Source: Chlorokybus atmophyticus
Lineage: Eukaryota; Plantae; Mesostigma and Chlorokybus algae
Assembly (NCBI GenBank): GCA_009103225.1
Contig: RHPI01002402.1
Coordinates: 1-64,000 of the forward strand
Direction of reading: 5' to 3'
DNA length: 64,000 bases
Shown: positions 36,826 to 50,290 of the stretch, in pieces
How positions within the stretch are numbered: the stretch's first letter is position 1
Layout of the letters: the number at the start of each line of letters is the position of its first letter
Made by a program: the position numbers and the translations under genes
Notes under the pieces: model-generated
The model's database searches: none
The model's input: the letters and a program-made list of their open reading frames with translations, nothing else
What the model was told of the DNA's origin: nothing

Positions 36826-39800
36826 TCACGCAACTCCTAAAACCACGACTCCCAACATCACCCACACGCTCAGTCCCGCCACCCACACCACCCCCGGAGC
36901 CCCTCCATTCAGCCACAGCCGCGGCGCGCACGTGACCGAGTTCAGCACGCTCGGCACCGGCGCCTTCTGCACCTGGAAGTCCGCAAACTCTATCACGGGC
37001 GCATCTGCTGGAGCTTCTGTCGGCGTCATGGTCGTGACAAATAGCAAGCCTTCAAGCTGCAAAGACGAGAGACATGCAGTTGGTGATATGGATTGTTCCA
37101 GTGAGGGGTTTTGGGGACAGGTGGTATGTGTGCTTGCCTTGAGCGTGTCGACTGTGTGGAAGATGAGCTTGGAAGCGTTGTAGACGTTGCAGCCGTCGAA
37201 GCCAAGAGTGATGTTGCCATCGGGCCTCGCATTCCCATCTGTAGAATGAGAAGTAATGCACCCCAAAGCATCCACATGTGGATTCAGCGAAGCACAAGCG
37301 CAAGTCCACATGTGTGTACCTAGCAGCGAGTTGAGCCCGATGGTCACGTCAACATTGTGCCATCTTCCTGGCACGAACTGGAACGACCCGTACCCCAGCG
37401 TGATCGGTGCTGGTGCGCACGAATCCAGTGGTGGCGCATTGGCACTCACTCCCTCCTGCATGAAGAATGCAATAGTGAGAAAGAGTGAGTTGGTGATGGG
37501 TGTGATCACACCCACGCACCTGCTGGCGTGTGCCGCAGTTGCAGCTCACAGCCCCCTCCTGCCCCTTCACCGCATTACAAGGGTTCTGGCCCCCCAAAGG
37601 CACCCTTGCAATAACCTGCACGACATTCACACATCATGCACACACAGTCACACACACTAACACACACTTCCCTCCCCTCCCACTCACCATCCCCTTGCAC
37701 TCGCTCCCCCACCCCACCGTGACGCTCATGCCGTTCCCCCCATCCGGCACCGCGCTCCCATCCCCTCCGTAATCAACAACCGTCCTCCCCCCGAACGCGC
37801 CCGGCAACTCCCCGAGTAAAGAAGACGAGGAGGGGCAGGGGAAGGAAGGGGAGAGACGGAGGGAGTAGGAGACTCGGAGAGCTGAGGGGGGGAGAGGGGG
37901 TGGGTNNNNNNNNNNNNNNNNNNNNNNNNNNNNNNNNNNNNNNNNNNNNNNNNNNNNNNNNNNNNNNNNNNNNNNNNNNNNNNNNNNNNNNNNNNNNNNN
38001 NNNNNNNNNNNNNNNNNNNNNNNNNNNNNNNNNNNNNNNNNNNNNNNNNNNNNNNNNNNNNNNNNNNNNNNNNNNNNNNNNNNNNNNNNNNNNNNNNNNN
38101 NNNNNNNNNNNNNNNNNNNNNNNNNNNNNNNNNNNNNNNNNNNNNNNNNNNNNNNNNNNNNNNNNNNNNNNNNNNNNNNNNNNNNNNNNNNNNNNNNNNN
38201 NNNNNNNNNNNNNNNNNNNNNNNNNNGGAGAGCTGAGGGGGGGAGAGGGGGTGGGTGGGTGGGGGTGGGGTGGGGAACTCACTGTGTGCTGCTTACTGTC
38301 TTGGCCTGTTGTGGAGAGGAGTTGTGTTGATAGGTTTGCGCGGAAGCCTGCGCCGCCGAAGGTGCCGGCGGGGAGGGCGGGGGTGAGGGGGCCGTTGTCC
38401 GGGAGCAGAGGCACCTATAGCCCCACAGAACGTGATGATCATTTCTGTGTGTGTATGTGGCGATCATTGCTCATATCTCTGCTTACCTGTAGCACAGACA
38501 CATACTGCGGATCGTTTGTCACCATAACCGTTGAATTCACTCCCCAGATGTTGGTGACCTGTACACGCGTTCACAACACAAGAGCATCTGCTTCCAGCAC
38601 TCAACTCTCTCTTTTCAATGCACGTACAACAACCCAACATACACACACTCACCTGGTTTCCAAACTGTTGCAGCCATGGCGCCTGAGGGTACCTTGTCAA
38701 CGGCGCGCACGCCGAGGTATTGTACTCCACCTCCACGGCGCTCGAGTACTTCCCGTCTACCGCATACGCCTGACATATGGTACACACACATGCATAAAGC
38801 AAACGTCGCACACTTCAACAACGTAACAGCTCAGCCTGCCTGAGCGTCTTTGAAGTATGTGTATTGCGTGCTCGGAGTCGCTGAGAGCGGGTCGCTCGTG
38901 CCGAAGTAGGTTTGAAAGAGGAGGTTGGTGAGCTGGACGGAGTCGACCGTGCGGTAGAGGATTTGAGAGGAATTGTAAACCGCACACTTGTCGAACCTGA
39001 GGATAAGGAAGATATGGTTGGTCATGTTGTGCGCTAACAGTGACCGTTACGGCGGCAGGCTGTGCACGTGCATGCGCGTGTGTGTGTGCGTGGGTGTGCA
39101 TGTGTACCACATCGTCAGCACGCCGTCATTAGTGTACGTGCTGCCGTCGGTGCCCGCGCTGTTGAGTGTTATCTGCAATCAGCACGGCATCAACAACAGT
39201 CCAGTCGAAAATGGAAGCATGGACAGTCGTAACATCGACTTGAAGTGCTCTTTTCAATGACCTCCATCTCAAGGAGGTGCCAGTTGTCGGGTTCGATGGC
39301 AAAGGTCCCCGAGGCCACTGGCACAGGAGCCTTGGAACAGTAGGCAAGCGACCCCTGGCCAAGGGAATGGTGAAGAGAGTTTAGTACAATACAGAGTTTT
39401 TTCTGGTCGCATCACCGAAAAACAACAGGTGAACGCACAGTCACACGCACGCACACGCGCACATTCACACGCACACGCACCGTTGGTGCGCACTCGCAGC
39501 CATCAATGAGGCTCCCATAAGCGTCCGTCCCATCCGAGTTGCACGGATTGCCATTACCCTATAACATAGCGAATGTAAGCATGCACATAGCAAGACACAA
39601 CGGTTTGTTGCTCTTTACTCACGGATGGTATGTACGCGGTGGCCAAGCCCTGGCACAGAGAGTCCCATCCGAACTGCACCGAGAAGCCGTCCGTGCCGGA
39701 AGGAGAGGGAGATAGAGAGGAAGGTTGGTAGGCGCCGCCGTACAGGCCAGGCAACACACCGCCCTGAGTGGACACGTTGTGTCACATGTCTGCATGTCTC

Positions 39801-40508
39801 AACCCAAGCTCACACAACTTCCCTGACATTCCACGTACCTGGGCGCAGTCAAAGTCGGCAGGCACCCTGAAGTAGTAGCTGAGGCGCATTGAGTCCGCCG
39901 ACTCGCGATTCACGCCGGAGGTGGCGTAGAAGCTCACGCCGCCAACAGGCGCCCCGGTCGCAACCTGTCACACACAGGGGGAGTGTTGACACCAACATGA
40001 ATGACATGAACATGACAACGTGAACAACACCAACAATGACGAGTCCTCAACGACGTCAAAGACAACAACAACAACAACAACAACCAAGTATGTGCACACA
40101 CTCTCACCCACACAGGCATGTTCTTCTCACCTGCGTTGCAGTAATGGCAAAGCTGCCCCGCGGATACCTCACTTGCAGCACCTGTCTCAAACAACACACA
40201 CACGAAGACAACGGGGCTGAGCGAGAGATTGCAACTGGCGGTGAGAGAGAGTGCAATTGCAAAGCACTGTGTCAAGGTTGGACTCTGCCCTGAGCAGTGT
40301 TTATCTGCATGTGCACCTGTGTGCCCAGGGTTGTGTCCTGCGTGAGGTTGAGGTTAGACACGCCCAGTGCGGAGGTGGAGTAGGACGGGTCCAGGTACTG
40401 CCCCAGCCAGTCGCTGACGGTGGCATACTGGACGCCCTGGACGCCACCGCCGGCCACAAGCAGGAGCACCTGAACAAGGACCAGTTTGCTGCCGAGGCGG
40501 AGAGCCAT
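36826..40508 (-). CDS. Secreted, C-terminally anchored protein with two tandem polysaccharide-lyase family 14-like domains
   Basis: Signal peptide MALRLGSKLVLVQVLLLVAGGGVQG. Domain 1: VLQVRYPRGSF, GGVSFYA, LSYYFRVPADFD, GGVLPGLYGG, GFSVQFGW, LLFQTYFG. Domain 2: GELPGAFGG, GMSVTVGW, SFQFVPGRWHNV, DGNITLGFDG, GLLFVT. Hydrophobic C-terminus VVWVAGLSVWVMLGVVVLGVA. Confidence 0.75.
37906..38226. other. Assembly gap (321 N) with the same 30-mer on both flanks
   Basis: ggagagctgagggggggagagggggtgggt occurs at 37876-37905 and 38227-38256. Confidence 1.
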
Positions 40509-43500
40509 GCCACCGCCGCCGCCGCCTTCGCCGGGGGAGCAGCGCAGAGCGGAGTACAGCAACAACAACCTGCATGCCCTCGGGCCCAAAGAGAAGCTAA
40601 TCTTTACTCCCTCGGAAAGTGCAGCTGCGGAGGTGCGTCGACAAAGGATGGTCGACCAGATGAATGTAATGTGTCGACGTATAGGAGCTGATGGATGGAC
40701 GGACGGATGGCAAGGCTCCGTCCGGTGCAGCAAGAAACTTCGTGCTCACAAGAAGCCGCTGGTGACGCAGGGCGCGACACCTTGGCATCACGCGCGGCTA
40801 GGCAGCCAAGCAGCGTGTGTCAAGCTACCGACTGATTGGCTGAGCGCAGGGCACAGATGGCAGTAAACTCCCGACGTCACCAACGGGTTTCGGTGGTGGT
40901 TTAGAGGGGGTGGAGGGGGCTGCTGTTGTCTGAACTCAGAGTCGGGACAGCAGCAGACACCTCTTCACATTAACTTTCAGGCCTTGCCTACTAGTATGCA
41001 AGGACTACGTTGTAGGATGATGATCAGCCTACAGTGCGGCACGGACGTTGGACATGCATCACAGAACCAAGGCGTATTGGCACCATGCAAACAGTGGAGG
41101 CGGGAGTAGGAGAAAATCGCAAATGTCCCTTAAATCATTGATCAATCATTGCAACACATCGGTGTGTCGTGCATGAGGATGGGCTCCGCCATAATCGAAG
41201 TTGCTTCGCACTACTCCAACCACAATTGTGGGGTGTGTGTATGTTAAGTGTAACGGCCGATTTTCTTGATGTACTAAGTTCTTCACTCGGTGAATCCAAC
41301 TTTGATTATCTATACACGGACTTAGAGCAATTGAATTCAAGCCAGGTGTTTACACTTGGCGATTCTTGGAAACGGATTCGCGACTTCGCAAATTCGGCCA
41401 ATGCTTCAGTGATCGTTTCAACTTGTTAACTCACTCAATAAGTGAACTATCACTCAAATTTTGTAGAAGGGCTTACACCCTCTACATTTTTAAGTGCGGG
41501 GGGGGGGGGGAAGGCGCTTCGCCACCTGAGAGTGCCGGCGGCAAGGGGATTAAAGAACCCTACTCAAGTTCCCATTACCTCTCCCCAACCTTGATTGGGT
41601 TGAATCCGACTTTTTAGGGCGTGTATTCGCGTCTCCACGAATCCGCATCTCTATTCTCTATTAAATGGCTAGTTCTTACTACGGGCATGGGAAGCGAGCT
41701 AGACCAATGCTAGCGTGCGCCGCTAAAAAGCTAGCCAATGCCTTCAAGATTTTCGCGACAGTTCGCTTAACAGGGAAACTTAAGATAGTATAGTATAGTA
41801 GCGACTTCGTTGATTCCTCCTCGCCTACAGTCTTAAGGGTATCCTCCTCCGAATAGATTAGGTGCTAGGGTCAATTTGGTTCTGACCTAATTGATGTGTT
41901 GTACGCTAACCTTACCGCGGCTTCTTATTACCGCAAGAGGATTCGGATCCCCTAAAACATCGGAACCTAAGTAGTGATTTCAATTAATCTTATCACTACC
42001 ATTCGGGTCTTAACTTAGGCCTTAGCCTAATTCGCCATATCTTTGCGAACGGAGCACCTACCTCACCGCATCGACTTTCCAAGGAGCAGTTTGGCACGCA
42101 CAAGGTTGCAAGAGCAGATGCTACAGCACCCACACACGCCGAGAGCCATCTACTCATGCCAAGTGTAAGGATTAGCTGCGTCCATAGAAGGTCTCCACTT
42201 CTAAACTCTGTCCGTTTACAAGCCTGTCCTTGTTCACCCTAATCTCTAGTACCTTCTCACGCGGCAGTTGTCACATCCATGCGACTTCACGAGCCGGTCA
42301 AAGCCTAGTGATAATTCAACCAAGGAGTTGATTTTCTGGTCGTGGGTTTGCAAATGCAAGCTGTTGCTTTTCGCGACATCCCTGGCAACTAACTGCCCAC
42401 TGCAACGCTCCACACATATTCAACGTCGCGGTAGTACTATCTTTGATTGATATTATTGGCGGTACACAAACCTTCGAAATTTTCATAGCGATACACGTCC
42501 GAGTAGAGCCCCACTCTTAATCCCAGCATCAGTACCCGCTACGAGTAATTACCAAGTGTCATCCATCCAAGTGCTTTTCCCATATTCAGTACTTAGATCT
42601 AACCGTCTTCTCCTTTTTACTAATTGGTTGAACTCAATTTCTTGGCCATTTACGACAATGTTTGCCTGGACATTTATGCCGCATCATGGGGTAGTGGTAG
42701 CAGGGCTGTCCCCGCCGTATCAGTTATTGATGCTGTATACGGCTTCCGCTGTCATATGTGAGTTTGCTCGCATGTGACGTTTCGAAAGCCACTCGCGTGT
42801 GCCTTTCTAAGTTAACATTTAGCTGTTTCACGTGCATATAACTCTTCACATCTATAAACTTGATAATTACCACCGTTAATCAACTTATTAATTCATTAAT
42901 CTAAATTGCATAACCACATAAAATTAGCGTCATTACATTAAATGCGTGGTGATCGTCGAGTGCATGGTGATATATGCTTGCAATGCATGTGTTGTATCTT
43001 ATGCTTTCAAAGTGCAGAGCCACAGCGCATAGAGGGCTTTTACTAATGATATTACGGACTCGAATGCCATGCACGAAGTCGGCAGACATGCGCATTTTTT
43101 GAAGCTCGGTTTTGCAATACACACTTAGTATGTTGTTGGCAATAACAAATAATTTGTATGCGTGTGCATATGTTATACATCTTACATGACATGTATTATA
43201 AGCATGACACAACCTCTGTTATTGGGATGGAAATATCAGCTGCCAGTGCTGTACCGTATCCAACCACATAGGCAGCCTCTATTATCATGGACATGCACGT
43301 GTCAGATGTTGCATCATGCCTAACCGCACACATCACCGCACATCACACGCAACCACACTCACTACGCTACCAAGCTACGGAAGCGCCGCGTTTGCATAGA
43401 TTGTTGGAGGGCCTTGGCCCAGTACCCAACCACATACACAATTCAACACACAGTCACGTGCTAGGCCAGTGCTGCATCCGCCTCCATTGTCGGAGGGCCT

Positions 43501-44372
43501 TGGGCTACAGGACCCCCTCAACACGGAACCGCAACCATGATCGCCGCTCTCTCCTCTAGGAATGCCATTGCATGTGCTCGCTGAAAGGTGCAGGTGACGC
43601 GCTGACGGCAGAGGAGGACAGGTGCTGGGGATGAGGTGCTGCAGGCGGTGAAGGTGCAGATCAAGGTGGAGGGCATGAAGGGAGGGGCGGAAAGGGGCAA
43701 AGCTGTAATCAAGGGCCTGGGAGAGGTGAATATGAGGCATGAGCATGCACGCGCATGCTCAAATGCACAGACACGCGCAGGCACGCATTTGCACATATAG
43801 ACTTTATTGAAGCAACAATGTAACGCACACACAAGGCATGAGGGTTACGGCTCGCAATTGACACAACAAATCTATGTTCATGGTCATCATGAACTGTCAC
43901 TTGGTAGCTTCTTCAACCCCGCTCTGCACCTTGGACAGGGGTGACAGGGGTTGAAGAATCAAAGCAGTGCACTGCTATGCTGTGAGATGAAGTAACAAAG
44001 TGAGGAAGCTTCCTATACCACAGCACTACATCGCCACATTCATGCTCGTCATCTGCAACCTGCTTAGCTACGGTGATGCCGGTCAGTAGATTACTTGCCG
44101 ACCAACTCCTAATGCCTGCCGCTTACACTTCCACGAATGGTAGATTGCAGGGGTTGTGTTGTGGTAGGCAATGCAAACACGTGACTTACAAACATGGATT
44201 TTTCCACCACAAACCACCATATCTCATGGAGGTGAAGAGCAGGAGGGGGAACATTCACGCACTCTTCACCAGTAACTATATACTACAACAACGCAGTGCG
44301 TCCGCTATCAGTGATGATATACAGAAGTCTGAGGACAATCACACATGTCTGCTAACCCTACACTAAACTGTC

Positions 44373-46091
44373 CTAAACTTCACCATCAAAAATCTCCGCT
44401 GCATCCTTAAACGGTGCACCGTCCACCTTGTAGAACCAGTTACCATCCAGCAACCGCTTCTGCAATGCCAACCACCAGCATCAGCAAGCTGCTTAACTCC
44501 CACACTGCCACTGCTGTCCAACACACCAAAAAGTCATTACCTGCTCCGGAATGGATGACAGCTTTTGGAAGTCTTCCTGAGGAATATCAAAGCTGAAGAT
44601 GTCGAGGTTGGACTTGAGATGCTCCTCATTGGTGCTCTTGGCCAGGGCAGATGTGCCCCGCTGAACAGCCCAGCGCAGAAGCAACTGTGGAACTGTCTTG
44701 CCAAGCTTGTCCGCAGTCTGCCATGGATGGTGTGTGTCACCACAATGCTTGGTTAACACAAGCAAACATGCATATGCACACACGCCCACCATTGCACGCA
44801 TGCACACATGGTCGCGCGCATGCATGCACACAGTTGCAATGTTCTGACCTCCTGAATCAATTGGTTGTGCATGACGCTCACGATGTCACCACTGTCAGGG
44901 TTGTGCATGCCAGCAGCGCCAGAGTCAGGGGAGCCGAGAGCGGAGTACGCGGTCACATGGACATTCTCCGAACGGCAGTACTGAAGCAGAGGATCATTGC
45001 GCCACAGCGGATGCATTTCAACCTGTATTGCAGCAACTTAGCATCACCACATCATGCCTAGTTATGAGACCACCACATGAAGACAGTAAGCAACAGCTGT
45101 ACCTGGTTCACTGCGGGACGGATCTTGCAGATCTGCAAGAGGTTGTAAAGCTTCTTTTGGCTGAAGTTTGCAACACCAATGTGCTTGGTCAAACCCTTGT
45201 CCACGCATGCCTCGAGCTCCTTCCAAACAGCCGGCAGGTCGAACTTCTCCCAATGTTCAGCCTGCACAATGACTGCGTCAGACACCCCAGCTGAATTACT
45301 AACCCGTAATCATGCAACCCAGGGAGCAAAGGCTTAAGGAAACCTGGTAAACACATACCTTCTCCGGCATGAAGGCATTGGTCGCCAGAGGCCAATGGAT
45401 CTGCATGCATTGTTCTCTGTGTTAAACGTGTCTAACTGTCACAAGCAGCGGAGTCAGGCTCAACTGATGCACTGCTACCATTATTTGTCAACTGCATACT
45501 TACCAGGAAGAGGTCAAGATAGTCAATCTTTAGGTCTTTCAGCGTCTGCTTCAGGCCGGCTTCAACACGGCCCGGGAGGCAGTGGTCCGTCCTGCAGTGA
45601 CGGCATGCCGTCAGTCAGTGTGCCGTACAAGCGAAAGAGCAAGCTTCCCAGCATCATGCTATGGGCAGTGCACAGAGTAATGCGTACACAAGCTGAACTG
45701 TTGCAGCTGTCTGTGTGACTTACCAGAGCTTGGAAGTAATCCACAGGGACTCGCGGGGCGTCCCCTCGTCAAAGATCTCCTTGAAGGCGTCGCCCACCTC
45801 CGCCTCATTTGCATAGTTGGCAGCGCAGTCAATATGCTTGTAGCCAGCCTGATCAAGCACCCAGGTATAAGTTCAGCCCAGTAATGTTGCAAGTGAAGCA
45901 ACGCACAGCTTGTTTGCATGCGTGTGTTGCAAGCATACCTTCACGGCAGCCTTGACAGCCTTCGCCACCTCCCCAGGCTCGGCCTTCCAGGTGCCCAGGC
46001 CAATGGCAGGGATCTTGGCGCCCGTGTACAGCGGCCATGAGGACTTGTCCGCAGGCGCCGAGGCAGCCGCAGCAACTGACTCGCCTGGCAT
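44373..46091 (-). CDS. Aldo-keto reductase (AKR1/AKR4C-like NADPH-dependent aldehyde reductase)
   Basis: [10 protein letters not shown]; [11 protein letters not shown]; TSKLW; DYLDLFLIHWP; IGVANFS; PAVNQVEMHP; VTAYSALGS; LLRWAVQRG; [21 protein letters not shown]. Confidence 0.96.
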
Positions 46092-46611
46092 GACGACAAT
46101 CCACTTGCTCAAATACAAGCACAACCGAAGTACAGTTCTTCCTGCACAATCACGGCTTGCTACAGAGCACTGCACAGCAACGCAATCACTGCACCAGTGT
46201 TGCCAACTACCTTATGCATGTCGGTGGTGGTGGCACACTCTTGCTTCCAGAGCAATGCCGACGGCAGGCAGACGGATCTCACTACGCACTGGATCCACCT
46301 GTGCCAGCTGGCACTCCAGCCCCGCAGAACTAATGACCATAATCATTACGGCCTAGGCCGCCGGCCAGCCGCCTCCGCATGCTTACACACATGGCACGTA
46401 CTTGTACAGTGACTTGCTTTACACATGGCAGAGCGGATCTTGGCGCCAAATGTGTGTTGCCCAAACCGGTTCATGACTGACCCAGATCAAACTCGAAGTG
46501 GTTCATTCCGATCTGGGTCGGTTCATCCTCATGGTCCACTGTGTGCTTGGCAGTGGTGGCAGCGGTGGCTGCGGCGGCGGTATTGTCGAGGTGGCGCTGC
46601 AGGCGGTCGGC

Positions 46612-49600
46612 ATGGCGTCCGCTGTGGTTGTTGGGACAATGGCGGCAACTGCTGTTTCAGTGCCGGTTGGGTCGCGCTACCAGCACCAGGGGTTGCGCGG
46701 GAGGCAGGCGACGGCAGCAGCCACAGCTGCAGGCCGGCCGCAATGGAGCAGCCGGCAGAGGCGGAGCGGCGACGGTGTTGGGCTGAAGGCGGCGACGATT
46801 GCTGCGCCTGCGGCTGGAAGCAGGATTATCAGGAGAAGGGCTAAGGTCAGGAAGGACAATAAGACAGTGACTCATAGGCTGATGGAGTGGCCGGATGAAT
46901 GCAATGCACCCATGCTGTCAATTCGTGCTGGCTTTGCTGCTACTTGGAGGCTACTCTTACTTGGCATGTGTTGCACAGCTGGCAGTCTTCGCTGCCGCCA
47001 ACCAGGCAGCCCAAGCCCCTCTCAGAATCGCCATTGCTGGGGCTCCAGCCTCAGGCAAAGGCACACAATGCGAAGACATTGTGCGCAAGGTAGCACGCAG
47101 AATGAGTTACGATGTTGCACTGTTGCTGTCAGCCAGTTGGGTTGTGAGCGTAGTGCTTATTCTTGGCTTTAACTCGTTCGCAGTATGGGTTGGTGCATGT
47201 CTCCGTTGGAGACTTGCTCAGGGCTGAGGTGGAGAAGGGGACTGATGGAGGGGTGCGCGCCAAGGGTTTCATGGATGCCGGCAAGCTCGTGCCCGATGAT
47301 GTGGTTGTGACGGTGAGTCTTGTCGTAACAAGCGCAATTCCAATTGTGATGGTCTCCACCTGGACTGGCGTACTCAACTTTATCACTTGCTTTCTTGCTG
47401 TGCATTGAGCGTCACGTCCGTTGTCAGCAACAACAGTAATATTGCTTTGCAGATGGTGAAGTCTAGGCTAGCACAGCCGGATTGCGTGGAGCATGGCTGG
47501 CTCCTGGATGGCTACCCTCGTAGTCGAAGTCAGGCTGAAGCGCTTGAGCAGGCTGGCATCCGACCACAGGTCTTCATTCTGTTGAAGGTACATATGTGTG
47601 CGGTACTGGTTTCAAAACACTGTTGTTTACGAAAATGAACGGGAACATGCAACATTCATGTCACCTTAACAGGTACCTGATGAAAGGATACTGGAGCGTG
47701 TGACGGGGCGAAGGTCAGACCCGGAGACAGGGCGTGTGTACCACCTCACATTTGCTCCACCTGAAAACGAAGAAGTTGCTGCTCGCTTGGTTCAGCGCAG
47801 CGATGACACAGAAGACACGGTACTGCTAATGAATGCAACGAGTTTCCTTCTTGTAGGTGCTCTTTCTACTGCACAGTGTAATGCCACATGTCTTACCACA
47901 GTGTCGGCAAAGGCTCAAAACTTACCACAAGCACACAGAGGCAGTAATTGAGATGTATGAAGATGTTCTTGTTGCGGTAAGCTCAGCACAGTTACTTAAA
48001 CTTGGCTTTCGTATGTGTATTGTTTGGTACATGCAGCACTAACACGTACCGCATGTAGGTGGATGGAGATAGGCCGATCAGCGATGTGTCGCAAGATATG
48101 GAGGCGATTATTTCAGACTTGCAACGTGCAGAGGTTGGTGCTGTTGCTGTTTAGCTACGCTATATGAGGTTAGGCAACTTAATGCCGTTCAACCAGGACA
48201 GGTGTCCTTGGTCACGGTAGTGATATACTACAGCTGCTTCTTCTCCTTGGTGTGCATCCCTTACTGACGCATGCTGATCTTGCTGCCAAACTCCAAACTC
48301 GACATCAAGTGCCGAATAGTATAGTGTCTCTATCTTGGTTCTTTAGTGGAGATGCACAGCAAACCTTCATCATAACACGCTTGTTGTGCATAAGCTATGG
48401 CCTTGGCAAGCGTAGTTGTGTGGCCTGGCTGTCACTGTCACCGATTACTCCATGTCTCTGATATGTTAGTGCGCGCGGCAAGCATGTTGACATAAGCAAT
48501 GGCCCTACTGTGCTATGTTTGTGTGTGTAGGCTCGAGCAACAGCGTCAGTCGGTGCGGCTGCCAACCCGCGGACGCTAGCTGGCCCTGTAAAGCTGCCGA
48601 CAAAGCTCATGAACACCCCGATGCCCCGATACATCAGGCAGTTCTTCTACAAGGATGTTGCTTCAGCTGCAAGAGCTGCCATTGACGATGGGCTGAAGCG
48701 CATGCAGGTTTCGTCTTGCATCTTGCAGGGGTTTCACTGCACTTGGGGCTTCTTGAATGGGGCTCGGGACCATGTGTTTTTGTTGAAATCGATGTACTGC
48801 TGTTGCGTGATCAGCTGCACTTGTCAGTAAGCTCATTATGCTGCTGTACCAATATGCTAACGTACTGTGAAACACTGCAACAGATGAAGTGCACTATCCC
48901 TGAAACCAACACTGAGATGGTACGCCATATGTCTTCACCTGATGCGCTCTGTTGTTCAGACACATACTGTTTTCGGCCGTCAGTGCCCAGTCTTGATAGG
49001 GCAACCGCATGCACCGCTGCCTGCACATCCTTGTGCGATAGGAAACACTGCCTAACAGCATAAAGCTCTTCTTGTCACACACAGGATGTCTACCGCATTG
49101 GGACGTTGCTAGAGATGGTGAGAGAAATAGCAACTGAGCTTGCACAAGATGGCAAGCGTGTGAAGGTGAGTGCGATTTGGTTGCTTTTAGGTTGGATCTA
49201 GGACGCATATAATGTACTCACAGAGACTCACTATGAGCCATGCAGGTTTGCGTGCAAGGCTCCATGGGAAAAGGTGTGTTCCAGGGACTACCGCTCTCTC
49301 TCTCCGGGGTGCGCCGTATCATGGAAGTTATGGACTGGGGTGAAGACATGGCCGGCCGGTTCATATTCTTTGGTGCTATTGGTATGTGCACCTGCAGACA
49401 CATCTGACTCAAGTTGCTGCCATTGCATACGCTGATGTTGAGGACGATGCAGGAGCCAAGGAGGTAGAAGAGGAGGATGACGTGTATTTACTTCTGGCGC
49501 CACAAAGCATCGTGGGGTCCTGCATTCTGCCTGACCTGCAAGCAATGTGCGACGCAGCTGGCGACCGCCCTATCATCCTACTCAATCCGAAACTGGGGGT

Positions 49601-50290
49601 AAACTGGTCTGACTTTTGTGTTGATGTTGTTCTCAACAGTTCAAGAAGCTAATTCGGTCTGATGGACCACTGCAGGACATTCCAAGCGCTGGTGACGTTA
49701 TGCAGGTACGGTGCATCAGATGTGTTTTATCATGCATTCCTTACAGCAGCACTTGTGTTGCCTTCTTTTGCATATTTGTGGGGGCAAGCGTATTTACGTG
49801 TGTCGCATCGTATAGATCCGCGGCCGCGCTGAGCGCAGGGATTTTGCGCTGACCTTTAAGGACATCTACCACTTTAGGCTACTCTTCATATCAGGCACCG
49901 CCTTCTATCCTGTCATGGGCGCCCTGAGGTGGGTACCTAGTTTCCTGAGCCCTTGTTGTTACATTGTTCAAGAACCAAGTCAAAACTCTCTGTCCTTGGC
50001 AAAGCTGCATGTGTGCTTGCATGCATATATGCAGAGAGAGAGCATAGCTCATAGTGCAACGTACACACCATGCACACGCACAGCGCACACAAAGTCAATG
50101 AAAGTGCAACATTGAAATGAGTAGCTTTTGGCAACTTGTTTGGCGCACCTGTAGGTACTTCCATGGCGGCAACTGGGAGCTGTACAAGCGCGTCAACCTG
50201 GATGAAGGAGAAGAAGAGTATCAGCTGGCCAACACCTTTGAAAAGGAGCCTTCCCGGCAAGACATCACGGCGTGCTATCCACGCGGGTGA
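46612..50290 (+). CDS. AMK5: Chloroplast adenylate kinase 5-type (transit peptide + ADK + C-terminal DUF1995)
   Basis: P-loop [10 protein letters not shown]; VGDLLRAE; LLDGYPR; GRRSDPETG; QRSDDTE. Then [44 protein letters not shown] and YPVMGALR, as in plant AMK5. Confidence 0.95.

Noticed and set aside
43348-43380. PHSLRYQAT resembling a tyrosine-recombinase HxLR motif
   Set aside because: Isolated four-residue match without the other catalytic motifs.
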